Positions 1 through 14,905 of a stretch of 64,000 nt of DNA are shown here, in pieces. Position 1 is the first letter of the stretch, and every line of letters starts with the position of its first letter. Source of the stretch: Octopus vulgaris (Eukaryota). The stretch lies in contig OX597819.1 in assembly GCA_951406725.2 (NCBI GenBank), forward strand, positions 112,716,001 to 112,780,000. The letters run 5' to 3'. The translations under genes and the position numbers were made by a program. The notes under the pieces were generated by a model, which saw nothing but the letters and a program-made list of their open reading frames with translations, was not told the DNA's origin and did not search any database.

Positions 1-297
1 GTGTGTGTCTGCGTTTAACCCCTCACCATAGCTTGACGACAGATACTGGTGTGGTTATGTCCCCGTAACTTAGCATTTCAGCAAAAGAAATTGATAGAAT
101 AAGTTCTAGGCTTACAAAGAATAAGCCCTGGGGGTTGATCTGTTTGACTGAAGGTGATGCTCCAGCATGGCCACAGTCAAATGACTGAAACAAATAAAAG
201 CATAAATAGTTAAGGAATGAATTTTTTCCATACATCTTGTCAGTATATGGTTGATAAATCTTTTGTTCTACTATCTGACATATTCTGTGCTTCTACA

Positions 298-690
298 GGA
301 GTGGCTGTGTGGTAAGTAGCTTGCTAACCAACCACATGGTTCCGGGTTCAGTCCCACTGTGTGGCATCTTGGGCAAGTGTCTTCTGCTATAGCCCCGGGC
401 CGACCAATGCCTTGTGAGTAGATTTGGTAGAGGGAAACTGAAAGAAGCCTGTCGTATATATGTATATATGTATAAGTGTATGTGTTTGTTCCCCTAGCAT
501 TGCTTGACAACCGGTGCTGGTGTGTTTACGTCCCCGTCACTTAGCGGTTCGGCAAAAGAGACCGATAGAATAAGTACTGGGCTTACAAAGAATAAGTCCC
601 GGGGTCGATTTGCTCGACTAAAGGCAGTGCTCCAGCATGGCCGCAGTCAAATGACTGAAACAAGTAAAAGGGTAAAAGAGTAAAAGAGAG
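298..690 (+). mobile_element. tRNA-type SINE family A (CORE-like block, internal (TA/TG)n, (AAAAGAGT)n tail), full length
   Basis: Head GGAGTGGCTGTGTGGTAAG...GGTTCAGTCCC resembles pol III A/B boxes. CTTGGGCAAGT is CORE-like. More than 15 related copies occur in the window, including a partial copy at 1-195. Confidence 0.85.
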
Positions 691-1559
691 TATACCTATA
701 TGTGTCTAGGGCCTCTGAAAGAAACTTAGCAAGGCAGAACTAAATCACTTTCAGGTCTTTTCAAAATTTGTAGTTCTGAACACATTTTTTGTTTTAGTCG
801 GAAGTGACCCGACAGATAATCACAGGCCCATTCTTGGTGCTCCATGCCCCAAATTTATGCTTAAGCTGAGTCCTTTTCTTGTCAGCCTGGTGTATGTGTG
901 GACATATTTTCCCCATTAGATATGAATAGTATTTCAATTATACTTTGTATTACTAATTGATAAAGCTGCTAATTACCACAACCACTAATGTATGATGCTA
1001 TGTAACTATTGAGCATGAATATATTTAGTTACACATTTGTGGTCAATATTTAAATGTATCTTGTATTACAATTATTATAGTCACCGATATCACTAATATT
1101 ACACTAGCTGACCACATGCTGTCAATAATGAGGGCTAATTGTAGTAATTTATATATACGGTACAAAATTAAGTAAATAATAATCACACATACAAACATAC
1201 ACACACACATGCACACATGTGCACACGCACACACACACACATTAGGAAGAATTATTTCTCTTAAAAGAAGGCAGCAAGCTTGTGGAATCATTAGTATGCC
1301 AGACAAAATGTTTAGCAGCATTTGTTCAGTCCTTTCATTCTGAGTTCAAATCCTACCAAAGTCAGTCTTGCCTTTTATCATAACTGGGTTAAAGAAATAA
1401 CAGAAATAACAGCCTATAATCAACTACACAATAATGAAAAATATGATATAAAATTTTAAAAGCCATTTTGAAATAATTCTTGAAAGGGTTTTGCATAATA
1501 AAGGCTGGCCTGAAGTTGAACAACATGGCATGGTTGACCTGGGGTTAATCAACCATAAC

Positions 1560-2480
1560 AAATACCTATTTCTTTATTACCCACAAGGGGCTAAACACAG
1601 AGGAGACAAACAAGGACAGACATAGGTATTAAGTCGATTACATCGACCCCAGTGCGTAACTGGTACTTAATTTATCGACCCCGAAAGGATGAAAGGCAAA
1701 GTCGACCTCGGCGGAATTTGAACTCAGAACGTAGCCACTGACGAAATACCGCTAAGCATTTCACCCGGCATGCTAACGATTCTGCCAGCTCGCCGCCTTA
1801 CACTGAAGACCAGTTGGATCATGGCTGATTTGGGGAATCATCACAACAACAACACTAATTCATCACCATCATCATCATCATCATCATCATTTAATGTCTG
1901 TTTTCTATGCTTATTTCTTTACTGGCCACAAGGGGCTAGACACAGAGGGGACAAACGGATTAAGTTGATTATATCGACCCCAGTGCGTAACTGGTACTTA
2001 TTTAATCGACCCCGAAAGGATGAAAACCAAAGTCGACCTCGGCGGAATTTGAACTCAGAACGTAATGGCAGATGAAATACCTATTTCTTTACTACCCATA
2101 AAGGGCTAGACACAGAGAGGACAAACAAGGACAGAAACATGGATTAAGTCGATTATATTGACCCCAGTGCGTAACTGGTACTTATTTAATCGACCCCGAA
2201 AGGATGAAAAGCAAAGTCGACCTTGGCGGAATTTGAACTCAGAATGTATTGGCGGATGAAATACCTATTTCTTTACAACCCACAAAGGGCTAGACACAGA
2301 GAGGACAAACAAGGACAGAAACATGGATTAAGTCGATTATATCAACCCCAGTGCGTAACTGGTACTTATTTAATCGACCCGAAAGGATGAAAAGCAAAGT
2401 CGACCTCAGAACGTAGCAGCAGACGAAATGCGGCTACGCATTTTGCCCGGCGTGCTAACGTTTCTGCCAGCTCACCGCCT
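1560..2480 (-). mobile_element. SINE family B: one copy plus a head-to-tail trimer
   Basis: Repeated GACCCCGAAAGGATGAAAGGCAAAGTCGACCTCGGCGGAATTTGAACTCAGAAC. The minus-strand head is GGCGGCGAGCTGGCAGAATCGTTAG with a GTTCAAATTC B-box-like motif. Confidence 0.85.
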
Positions 2481-2966
2481 TAGTCTGTTTTCTATGCTGG
2501 CATTGGTCAGACCATTTGACAGGAGCTAGAAAGATGGAAAGCTGCACCTGGCCCCAATCTATTTTAACTTGGCTTCTATGGCTAGATGCCAACTACTTTA
2601 CAGTGTGTACAGAGTGCTTTTACATGTCACCAGCACAGGTGCTCTTTGCATGGTGCTGGGACACATGCGTTTTTGCTCGGTGCTAGCACAGGTGCTTTCT
2701 ACATGGCACCAGCACAAGTGTTCTTTTCTAATTCTTTCATAATTTTTGGCACGAAGCCAGCAATTTAGTGTGGAGGGAGCAAGTCAACTACATCAATCCC
2801 ATTACTGTTATTTCTTTAACCCAGTTATGAGAAAAGGCAAGACTGACTTTGGCAGGATTTGAACTCAGAATGAAAGGCCTGAACAAATGCTGCTAAACAT
2901 TTTGTCTAGCATACTAATGATTCCACCAGCTTGGTGCCTTCTTTTAGGATAAATAATTCTTCCTAA

Positions 2967-3001
<35 letters not shown>

Positions 3002-3133
3002 ACGTGTGCACATGTGTGTATGTGTGTGTGTCAGAGAATGTGTGTGTGTGTGAGTGTGTATCTGAGTGTGTGTGTATGTGTATGTGTGTGTGTGTCTGAG
3101 TGTGTGTTTGGGTGTGTGTGTGTGTGTGTGTCT

Positions 3134-3169
<36 letters not shown>

Positions 3170-3275
3170 GTGTATACAAATGTGTATGTTCGCATGTGCA
3201 TGCATCTTTAACTGACGTGACATGAAAACAAAGCCTATTCATTCAAGTGCACACACACAGACACACACACACACA
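2967..3275. repeat. compound (TG)n/(CA)n microsatellite
   Basis: Direct reading. Confidence 0.95.
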
Positions 3276-3310
3276 CAAATAAACATCACCACCACCATCA
3301 ACAACAATCA

Positions 3311-3770
3311 TTTCTAATAAAGGTAAAAGGCCAGAAATTTAGGAGGAGGGGACAGATTGATTACATTGACTCCAGTGCTTGACTGGTACCTATTTTATCA
3401 ACCCTGAAAGGATGAAAGGCGAAGTCGACCTCATTGGAATTTGAACTCAGAATGTAAAGACAAACAAAACACCACTAAACATTTTGTCTAGCATGCTAAC
3501 AAATCTGCCAGAACTCATTGCCTTAGCAACAATAATAATGACAATAATAAGAACACTACTTCTAATAAAGGTAAAAGGCCAGAAATTTAGGAGGAGGGGA
3601 CAGATTGATTACATTGACTCCAGTGCTTGACTGGTACCTATTTTATCAACCCTGAAAGGATGAAAGGCGAAGTCGACCTCATTGGAATTTGAACTCAGAA
3701 TGTAAAGACAAACAAAACACCACTAAACATTTTGTCTAGCATGCTAACAAATCTGCCAGCTCACTGCCTT
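3311..3770 (-). mobile_element. tandem duplication (~248 bp period) of a SINE family B copy
   Basis: TTCTAATAAAGGTAAAAGGCCAGAAATTTAGGAGGAGG starts at 3312 and 3560, and the two units are nearly identical. Confidence 0.85.
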
Positions 3771-4297
3771 GAACACACATATACATACAGGCATACACAT
3801 TTATGTATGTGTGTGTGTGTGTGTGTGCATGTGTGTGTGTGTGTGTGCATGTGTATGTGTAGGTGTGTGAGCATGCATGTGTGTATGTGCATGTGTGTGT
3901 GTGTTCTTGTATAATATCATATAATATCACTGAAGGAAAACACAAACAAACACACATATATTTATACATAAACACACATACACACACACACACATATATA
4001 TATATTTATATATATTTATAAATATACATACATATAAGAACACTATAGATCAGCTTGATCAGAGATGACCTGGCGTTATAGAACATTGACAACAGCAATA
4101 AACTATCAGAGTTTATGTATAGCAATCATTCGAGCAACCATACAAAGATGAGCTTCTGTGTAGCAATGTAATAAATCATAATCTTTACATATATATCATA
4201 TAATCTTTACACACACACAAACACAAGCACATGCACACATACACACATGCCCACATACACATATACACAGAGGTACAATGTACTTTATTTAAATAGA

Positions 4298-4704
<407 letters not shown>

Positions 4705-5593
4705 CATACACACACACACATGTATGTATGTATGTATGTATGTATGTATGTACTTATGTACATGCATGCTTGAAAATAAACTAAAATGATTGAAAACACT
4801 TCTTAGAGATTTCTCACCAGTAAGAGGAAATATTAAAAAAATAATTAAAATCAAACATAATCAATTTATTCTTACCCTTAAAATTCTTCTTGGCATTCTC
4901 TTTACTAAATATTGAATTTTGATTGAATATTTTCCATTGAAAATTCAATGCAAATTTCTTAAATGTCATAACGTGTACGTTTTTAAAATCCACTGTGAGA
5001 GACGGCTAAGTTCAGACATAAAACTTTTTGTTAAAAATGATTTAGTGAGTTAAGTTAATGTGTTTTCCGGATTCCAAGAATTATAACTGGAAACGAGATG
5101 AATATTTAATTATATTTAAAGAGTTGTAGTAGATATGAGGAGTGTAAGGACAGCATTGTTTCAGTGAAGTGTCTGTATGGTTATATAGTTTGTAAGTGTG
5201 TGTGTGTGTGTGTGCGTGTGAGTCTGTGTGTATGTGTGTATGTATGTGTATATCCTCATGTGCATGTGTGAATGTATGTGTGTGTGTGTGCGCGCATGCT
5301 CGCATGTATGTGCATACATGTGAATGTGTGTGTGTGTGTGTGTGTGTATGACTGATTCCATATATGTGTATGCATGTGAATGTGTTTGTCTGTTTGCATG
5401 TGTATATATGCATGTGTGTGTTTGTATTTCTATATGTGTATGTGTGAATGTATGTGTCTGCTTGTATGTATGTGTTCGTATTTGAATGTGTGTATGTGTG
5501 TGTATCTGTGTGTGTGTGTGTGAAAAGAGTATGTATGAAACTACATAATGTAAATGAAACGATATGTGAAAACGAAACTTGAATGCTTAACTG

Positions 5594-5647
<54 letters not shown>

Positions 5648-5813
5648 CTTGTGATTTTTATATGTATATATACATTCATACATCATCATCATCATCATCA
5701 TCGTTTAGCGTCGATGATGATGATGATGATGATATATGCTTTTATATTTATTTTGCTTAGGCATAGTGATACGAATATCCGGTATATATATACATGCATA
5801 TACACACATACAC

Positions 5814-5856
<43 letters not shown>

Positions 5857-5976
5857 GATATATATATATATGTATCCATGCTAGCGTCCAACCCATGCTA
5901 GCATGGAAAACGAACATTAAACGATGATGATGATGATATATATATAAATATGTATATATTCATAAATATATATTTA

Positions 5977-6020
<44 letters not shown>

Positions 6021-6231
6021 TAATATATATATTTATGAATATATACATGCATATATACATATAAATCTATATATATACCAATACATCTACACATATACAT
6101 GTATACCTATACATCTATATAGATACATATATGCACACACACACACACATGTGTATATATATATATATATATCATCATCATCATCATCGTTTAACGTCTG
6201 TTTTCCATGCTAGCATGGGTTGGACGAACAT

Positions 6232-6279
<48 letters not shown>

Positions 6280-6929
6280 TGCATGTATGTATGTATGTAT
6301 GTATGTATGTATGTATGTATGTATGTATGTATGTATGTACGTATGCATGTATATATGTAATGTGAGATAATAGTTTCACTATGTATATATTATATATATA
6401 GTGGGGAGCCCGAAAGCTGCACTGCCAGATCTGACTGGACTGGTGCAGCTTTCGGGCTCCCCAGACCCCAGTTGAACCGTCCAACCCATGCTAGCATGGA
6501 AAGCGGACGTTAAATGATGATGATGATGATGATGATAGTGGAAGTATTAATAGTGAAACTATTAAAACTGAAACTATTATCTCATATTACAATAGAGAAG
6601 TTATTGTTTCACTTTTGACATGTATTACTGAAATAAAGTGATTGCTCCGGGCTTGCATTAGGCATGAAGTTAAAAAGTTTGTTTGGCCCAAAACACTCGA
6701 TGGTCCCTAAGTAGTGTATGTCTAAAATTTGAAGGAAGTGGTTTGGGTGGTTCATATAGACACACTGTCAGACAGAGAGACAGACAGACACGCCTTCTCA
6801 GTTTAACATATGTATGCACGTGTCTGTGTATGTGTGTATGTATATATGTACATACATATGTACATGTGCGGGGAAGTATTTATATGCACACACACACACA
6901 CACACACACACAAACGTACACATAAGTAT

Positions 6930-7400
6930 TCCTTCTTTATGTGTCATGTCCAAAATGTAGGATGTAGATGGTCATGTCCTGCTGCAAATCTCTGTTCTTT
7001 GTTTGCTATAATAGTTCCACTTCCTGATATTTAATACCTCTTTCTTCTCACGATTTCATCAAGCTTGACATCCACATCCCCCTTCTCCTTCCTCTGTTTT
7101 TTTTTCCTTCAATCTTTCCGTTCATCACTAAATTCTCCAAAACCTCTTTCCTCATCACATGACCAAGAAATTTCAGTCACTAGGCCTTTATCACACAAAG
7201 CAGTTTCCGATTTACCACAGTCTGTCATCTCTTCTTTCTTTATTAGACACTTAGTCCATGCTAGCCTCAATATTCTCCTTAAGAAACACATTTCTCAGCT
7301 CTCCAAGCACCTTCTCATTTCTGATCTTACAGTACATGTCTCACTTCTATAAATTAATACAGGGTAGACAAAGCAGCTCACTATACAGGCCTTAGTTTTA
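6930..7400 (-). mobile_element. degenerate RTE-like LINE 3' fragment
   Basis: Translation VYPVLIYRSETCTVRSEMRRCLES*EMCFLRRILRLAWT matches the typical RTE C-terminal pattern YGSETW...EMWFLRRILRISWT. Confidence 0.7.
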
Positions 7401-7491
7401 ATATATATATATAATAATAATAATAAAAATAATAATATTAGGGAATATATAATAATAAAAATAATAATATTAGGGAGTAAATATATATACA

Positions 7492-7667
7492 TAGATCGTT
7501 AGCCACTACACACATTTTTTTCTCTCCTTGTTTTATCTGTGTCCCTTTCTGTAGAAGAGCGTAGGCTCGAAACGTAAAAGACTTTTCCCATTCCTGAATG
7601 TTATACTAATACATTTATTTGTTTTGTATACCAACTGTCTTCGTCTTTTGTTTTTTTCGTAAACTCT

Positions 7668-7672
<5 letters not shown>
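7492..7672 (+). mobile_element. Penelope-like terminal-repeat fragment with degenerate hammerhead motif
   Basis: cttt-CTGTAGA-a-GAGC-gtag-GCTC-GAAACGTA-aaag at 7545-7580, flanked by (TA)n. A homolog lies at 11415-11580. Confidence 0.55.
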
Positions 7673-7702
<30 letters not shown>

Positions 7703-7769
7703 GTTCTAAAATCTACACAGCCTTGGGTTTTTTTATCGCATTATGAAAAAAAAAAAATTTTATATATAT

Positions 7770-9058
7770 ATATGGAAGCATGGACTGAAATTGAATCATT
7801 ACCAGAACTAGAGAAAAAATTTCAGGAATGGAGGCACAGACAGAAATCTAAGCACCTTAGAGTTAATTTAGCAAAGACCAAAGTATTGATAAGTAGGAAA
7901 ACAGACAATTCACAGATCCCTTCAGGAATATGGCCCTGCTCAATATGTAGAAAAGGTGTTGGGAGAAACTCCATATGGTGTATTCAGTGCAAGCCATGGG
8001 CACATAAGAGGTGCAGCAGTGTCAGTGGAAGACTAACAGAGAAAGTGGTCTTATATTTGGCAGACATGCAGGTACATTAAACACCAGGAATGTACAAGAA
8101 ATAGACTCCCTTAAATATTAGTAGGGGTCCTCAAAAGTAGTAGACAGTTTCCATTACATAAGGTGATCAAGTTAGCAGTGAAGGAGGTTGTTCTGAAAGC
8201 TAGCTGCTAGAATAAGAATAGGCTTGGCAAAGATCAGAGAGATACAACCTCTGTTAGTAATGGAGGGCCTCTCCCTCAGAATGAAAAGCAGATTATATCA
8301 TGCTTGTATATGAACAGCTATGCCAAATGACAGTGAGACATGGGCTGTGACTACTGAGGATATGCAAAGGCTTGAAAGAAACGAAGCCAGTATGCTTCGC
8401 TGGTTGGGTAATGTCAGTGTGCATATACAACAGAGCGTAAGTGGTTTGAGAGTAAAACTAGGTAATAAGAGGCACCAGATGTAGTGAGCAAGAGAGAAGA
8501 CTGCACTGGTAAGGCCACATAATGTGTAGGAATGAAGATATTTGTATCAAGAGGTGCCGGTCTCTAATTGTGGAGGAAACATGTAGGAGTAGACCCAGGA
8601 AGATGTTGGACAAAATGGTGAGAAAGTATCTTCAGAAGTTGCACCTCACAGAGGGAATGACAGGGGACCAAGACTCTTGGTTGTTTACTGTGCTTAAGAA
8701 AATATGCCAAGCTAAGTAGAAACTTGGTTATCCTTGCATACAGGCTTGTCGCCTGTGTCCATCTCCAGCTAAACATTCCTAATCTTAAGGGTTCATGGGT
8801 GCTGCTGCCATGTAAAAAGCACCTGTATGGAGACTGTCTACTACTAAATAATGGAAACTGTATACCACCGCTGAGGATTTCCACATAAACGGACCTGCAC
8901 TGGTGCTGCATAAAAGCAACTAGTACACTATAAAGTTGTTGGATTTAGGAAGGACATCCAGTCATAGAGACGATGCCAAGGCAGACATGAAGCCTGGGCA
9001 GTTCTTCAGCTGATCAGCTCCTGACAAACCAATGATGATGACGATGATGATGATGATG
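7770..9058 (+). mobile_element. 5'-truncated, decayed RTE-clade LINE with 3' UTR and (GAT)n tail
   Basis: LRVNLAKTKVLISR...WPCSICRKGVGRNSIWCIQCK..HKRC, then SETWAV, RLERNEASMLRW and RSRPRK motifs with stops and frameshifts. Ends in (GAT)n. Confidence 0.85.
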
Positions 9059-9300
9059 AAATACAAACGCATATGCACACATACAAATATGTATATACGC
9101 ACACATAACTAACGTATTCTTTTATTCTTTTACTTGCTTTTGTCATTTGAATGTGGCCATGCTGGTGTGTTTTAGTCAAACTTATCAACCCCAGGACTTA
9201 TTCTTTAAGCCCATTACTTATTCTATCAGTCTCTTTTGCCAAATTGCTAAATTATGGGGATGTAAGTACACCAACACCGATTGTGAAGTGGTGATGGAGG

Positions 9301-9332
<32 letters not shown>

Positions 9333-9742
9333 ACACAAAACATATATGTGTGTGTGTAGCATGGACAACAGATGCTAAATGACAATATATATACATACAT
9401 ACATATATGCATGACAGTGAGCTGGCAGAAACATTTGCACACCAGGTGAAATGCTTAGCAGTATTTCATCTGTCTTTATGTTCTGAGTTCAAATTCCACT
9501 GAGGTCAATTTTGCCATTCATCCTCTCGGGGTCGATAAATAAAGTACCAGTTGTGTACTGGAGGCAATCTAAACGACTGGCCCACTCCCCCAAAATTTCG
9601 GGCTTCTGCCTAGCATAGAGAAGAATATATATATATCACGTGACTGATCAGACCATCAGATGTTTTTACACATCGCTGGTCACAATGCGTTCGCATTGTT
9701 TTAGCCTTCGAACGATGCCACCCCGCTGGCTAAGCGAGCAGG

Positions 9743-9778
<36 letters not shown>

Positions 9779-10144
9779 GCCTCTTTCAGTTTCCATCTGC
9801 CAAATCCACTCACAAGGCTTAGGCCAGCCTGAGGCTATAGTAGAAGACACTTACTCAAAGTACCATTCAGTGGTACTGAACCTGGAAACATGTGGTTGGG
9901 AAGCAAGCTTCTTACCACAAAGCCATGCCTGCATCTACACATACACACACATATGAAATGATTGCAGTTAAGTTATGTATATATGTATATAGACCAAGGA
10001 CTTCTTTCAGTTTCCACCTGCCAAATCCACTAAATAAACATTACATTTGACAGAGTAATCTGAATGCTAAAGGATTAAGGGACATTTAGCTGATATATTT
10101 AGCATGTCAATAAAGAAATTGATAGGAAGCTATAGTAATAGATT

Positions 10145-10518
10145 ATGATGGTGGCGGTGGTGATGCTGGTGGTGTCGGTAATGCCAGTGGTTGTGGTGGT
10201 AATGGTAGTGATGGTAGTGGTATGGTCAAATAATGATGATTGTGGTAGTAGAAGTAATGACAGAGATTGTGATGGTGTGGTTCTTATTGTGATGGTAGTG
10301 GCGGTAGTGGTGGTAGTGGTGATTGTTGTGGTGGTAGTATTAATTGTGGTGATAGTAGCAGTGGCAGCGGTGGGGGTTTTGGTGGTGGTGGTGATGATGG
10401 TGGTTTTGGTGGTGGTGGTGGTGGTGGTGGTGGTTTTCGTGGTTGTGGTGGTAGTGGTGGAGATGATGATTGTTGTGGTGGCAGTAGCAGCAGCGGTAGT
10501 GGTGATTGCGGTGATGGT

Positions 10519-10549
<31 letters not shown>

Positions 10550-11170
10550 GTGGTGGTGGCAGTGGCAAAAGTGGTGGCTTTAGTGGCAGTGATGGCTATG
10601 GTAGCAGTTGCAGCTGATGTAGTGACAGCAACAGTGGTAGTGACAGTTAGTGTTGTTGTTGATGTTGTTGTTTAACCCCAGTTAGCTCTGACAGAAGCGG
10701 CAGGACATATGACCAAAGACCATTCCTATCATATCATCTGTCCTTCAGAAATAGTATAGCCCAAACAACTTAATTCAATATGTACTTTTAGAAGATATGT
10801 GACCCCAAAAAGGTTCCTGAAAATGGTGGTGGTGGTGGTGGTGGTGGTGGTGGTGGTACTGCTGCTGCAGCTACTGATGGGAATGGTGATGATGAGGATA
10901 CTGCTTATAATGATAATGATGGCTGTCCTTCTTGTAGTAGCGATGTTGTTGATGGTGGTGGTGATGGTGGTGGTTTTGGCGGTTGTTGTTGCTGTTGTGG
11001 TGGTGGTGGTGGTGGTGGTGGTGGTGGTGGTGGTGGTGGTGGTGGTGGTGATGGTGGTAAGGTTTTTGATAGTGGCAGAATCAGTGGTTAGGATGATGCT
11101 GGTGGTGATGGCGTAAGTGGTGGTGGTGGTGGTGGTGGTGGTAGTGGTGGTGACATGCTAGTGGAAGTAA
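10145..11170. repeat. (GGT/GTA/GCA)n low-complexity trinucleotide tracts
   Basis: Direct reading. The poly-Val and poly-Pro ORFs are artefacts. Confidence 0.9.
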
Positions 11171-11252
11171 TGGTGAATGTGTTGGAAGTTGTTTTGATGA
11201 CTGTGGGACTTGGTTGTGTGAGTGCATGACAGTATGCATGTGTGCAAGTACG

Positions 11253-11375
11253 CAGGAGCGGCTGTGTGGTAAATAGTTTGCTTATCAATCACATGGTTCC
11301 AGGTTTACTCTCACAGCCTCAGGCCAACTAAAGCCTTGTGAGTGGATTTGGTAGACGGAAACTGAAAGAAGCCTG

Positions 11376-11415
<40 letters not shown>

Positions 11416-11574
11416 TCTCTTTATTTTCTCTCCTTGTTTCTTTCTGTTTTCCTTTCTGTGGAAGAGCATAGGCTTGAAACGTTAAAGACTTTTTCACTTC
11501 CCGAGTATTATACTAATACATCTGTTTGTTGTCTACACCACCCATCTTCGTCTTTTGCTTTTTGTGAATGCTCT

Positions 11575-11621
<47 letters not shown>

Positions 11622-11826
11622 TGTGTGTCTGTGTTTGCCACCCACCATCGTTTGACAACCGATATTGGTGTGTTTACATCCCTGTAACTTAGCGGTTCGG
11701 CAAAAGCAACCGATAGGATAAGTACTAAGTTTACAAAGAATAAGTCCTGGGGTCGATTTGTTCGACTAAAGGCAGTGCTCCAGCATGGCCGCAGTCAAAT
11801 GACTGAAACAAGTAAAAGAATAAAAG
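11253..11826 (+). mobile_element. SINE family A with a Penelope-like terminal fragment (11415-11580) nested in its internal (TA)n
   Basis: SINE head at 11253-11380 and SINE 3' half at 11620-11826, with the insert carrying CTGTGGAAGAGCATAGGCTTGAAACG. Confidence 0.75.
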
Positions 11827-12103
11827 GATATGTTTGTGCAGGAGTGTATATGTATAAAACTGTACACATACATTCATACATATATATGTGTATGTATATA
11901 GGTGTGTATATTGAAATGTGTGAAGAGTATGTGTTCATACAAGTTAGCTCAAACAACTTTTATAATGAAAATAACTGTGTGCGTGTATGAGCATGTGCTT
12001 ATAATGCATGTGGGTGTTTTATGTATGGAAGTCAGGGTATGTACATTTATAATATACATATTATACATATATACATATATATCTATATACATATATATGT
12101 ATA

Positions 12104-12224
<121 letters not shown>

Positions 12225-12654
12225 ATGTGTGTGTATGTGGGTTTGTTTTGGTTATGTGAGAGTGTATAACCACTTGTACTTAAGTGCATGAGTGAGAAAG
12301 AGAGAGAGATAGAGAGAGAAAGAGGGACAGAAAGAAAGAAAAAACGAGAGTGGGGACTGACAACATGAAGATTAGATGTGCCCTTACAGATGGCACATAA
12401 TCTAAAGTGTGGCAGGGGCAGGTATAGCAGAGGTTTTACAAGAATCCCTAGAAAGAATGTTGGGGAACAGAGGGACATAGGAATGGCAGATATTTTTGTA
12501 AAGGTGGAATGTCAAGATGAATGAAGGAAGGAATGGATGAGGTGGAATCGGGTGTGGGAGGTATTTATAAATGGGTGACCCTGACACCTAAAAGCTATAT
12601 ATATTTACAAACACACACAAATATATATAGCGCAGTAGGCAATGTGTCAGTCTC

Positions 12655-12685
<31 letters not shown>

Positions 12686-12829
12686 CATATCATGATCATC
12701 GTTTAACATCCATTTTCCATGCTAGAAAGGGTTGGACGGTTCAACTGGGGTCTGGGAAGCCAGGAGGCTCCACTAGGCTCCAGTCTGATCTATATTTATA
12801 TATACACATATATATATATAAGTAAAATT

Positions 12830-13290
12830 GAAATCAAATTCATTGACATGGCCGATGACAGCACTACTTGACTAGCATCCGTGCTAGTGGAACATTAAGA
12901 GCACCATCCGAGTGTGACACTGCCAGGGCTGCTGACTGGCTGCTGTGCCAGTGGCATGTAGAAAGCACCGTTCAAGTGTGATTGTTACCAGCATCGCTGT
13001 GGCATGTGAAAAACAACATTCAAGTGAGGTGGTTTCCAGTGCCGCTGGACTGGCTCTTATGCAGGTGGCACGTAAAAAACACCATTTGAGTGTGGCCGTT
13101 GTGTGTACTGCCTGACTGGCCCTTGTGCCGGTATTATGTAAAAGCATCCGCTACACTCTTGGAATGGTTGGCCTTAGGAAGGGCATCCAGCTGTAGAAAC
13201 TCTGCCAGATCAGATTGGAGCCTGGTGCAGCCTCAGTCAAAACATCCAACCATGCCAGCATGGAAAGCAGACATTAAACGATGATGATGA

Positions 13291-13292
<2 letters not shown>
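12830..13292 (+). mobile_element. RTE LINE 3'-UTR fragment (family C)
   Basis: GGTTGG..TTAGGAAGGGCATCCAGCTGTAGAAAC...CATGGAAAGC..ACATTAAAC(GAT)n is the same module as the 3' UTR of the RTE at 16861-17820. Further copies occur near 14475, 19130, 22630, 24350, 27200, 29680, 35100, 38495 and 54030. Confidence 0.8.
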
Positions 13293-13341
<49 letters not shown>

Positions 13342-13446
13342 TATACATATATTTGTATGTTTGTATATAAATATACACGCACATGCATATATATACACAC
13401 ACACATAATATATATATATATATATACATGCACACACACATATATA

Positions 13447-13487
<41 letters not shown>

Positions 13488-13709
13488 GCAGGCATGTGTA
13501 TATATGTGTGCAGACAAAAGGAGATTACAAAAGAAGCAGAGAAGCAGACTAGTGGTGTACGGCACCTCAGCACACTTATCTGTGTTGTCTATCCACCATA
13601 CAGCACTTCTGTGTCCTATGTCTTTTTCTGTTCCACTCTTCCTCTCTCTCTATCTCTCTATCTATCTAACTATCTATCTATCTCTCTCTCTATCTAACTA
13701 TCTATCTAA

Positions 13710-13809
<100 letters not shown>

Positions 13810-14393
13810 TACAAGAACACAGCACACACATCTATGCACATACAAAAACCACTTGTTTGTTGTTGTCACTACCATGTAACTCCATACACATGTCCTATTT
13901 CTCATCCTCTAGTAAAGCAGGTTGCTTGCTGTTATTGATGTTGTTCTTGTCGCTGTTGTTGGGTGATTGGGCCTAAATAAAAACATGCGTACATACAAAC
14001 ATTCATAAACACATACTGAAATATGATATACACATCCTCATCCCTGCGTCTCAACAGGCACACAGGCATAACAGCAGGCCCACACCCAGATGCACCATGA
14101 CTTGTTGGAAACCAATATAAAAATAATAAGCATACATATGTTTGTTGTGTATATGTATGTGTATGTATGAATATATGTATATATAAATTCTATATAAATA
14201 TATATATAAATATTCATACATATGTATATACATAAATACATACATATATACATATGTATATTCATACATACATGTTTGTGTGTTTGTGCATGCATATACA
14301 TTTACATATATATATTTATATACATATATGTATATGGTTAAATATATATTTATACATATATATTCATACATATATAAATAGATATATATATGT

Positions 14394-14471
<78 letters not shown>

Positions 14472-14865
14472 TAACAGTGACCTGCTGTGCTTGAGGAGAC
14501 CTATTGAGTCAAGTACATCAACATCAACATCAAAATAAAAATCAAATGGAAATTGTAGTTATGATACCCATACCGGTGGCATGTAAAAAGCACCATCTGA
14601 ATGTGCCTGATACCAGCATCGCCTGACTGGCGACCGTGTTGGTGACATGTAAAAGCACCAACCAATCGTGGCTGTTTGCCAGCCACCTCTGGCCCCTGTG
14701 CCAGTGGGACCAACTACGCTCACAGAGTGGCTAGCGTTAGGAAGGGCATCCAGCTGTAGAAACACTGCCAGGTCAGACTGGAACCTGGCACAGTCTCCTG
14801 GCTTCCCAGACCCTGGTCAAAATGTCCAACCCATGCTAGCATGGAAAACAGACGTTAAATGATAA

Positions 14866-14905
<40 letters not shown>

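Noticed and set aside
10145-11116. poly-Val / Pro-rich membrane-protein-like ORFs
   Set aside because: Translations of (GGT)n tracts with no splice or codon evidence. The same applies at 31411-31841, 51876-52305 and 58262-59580.
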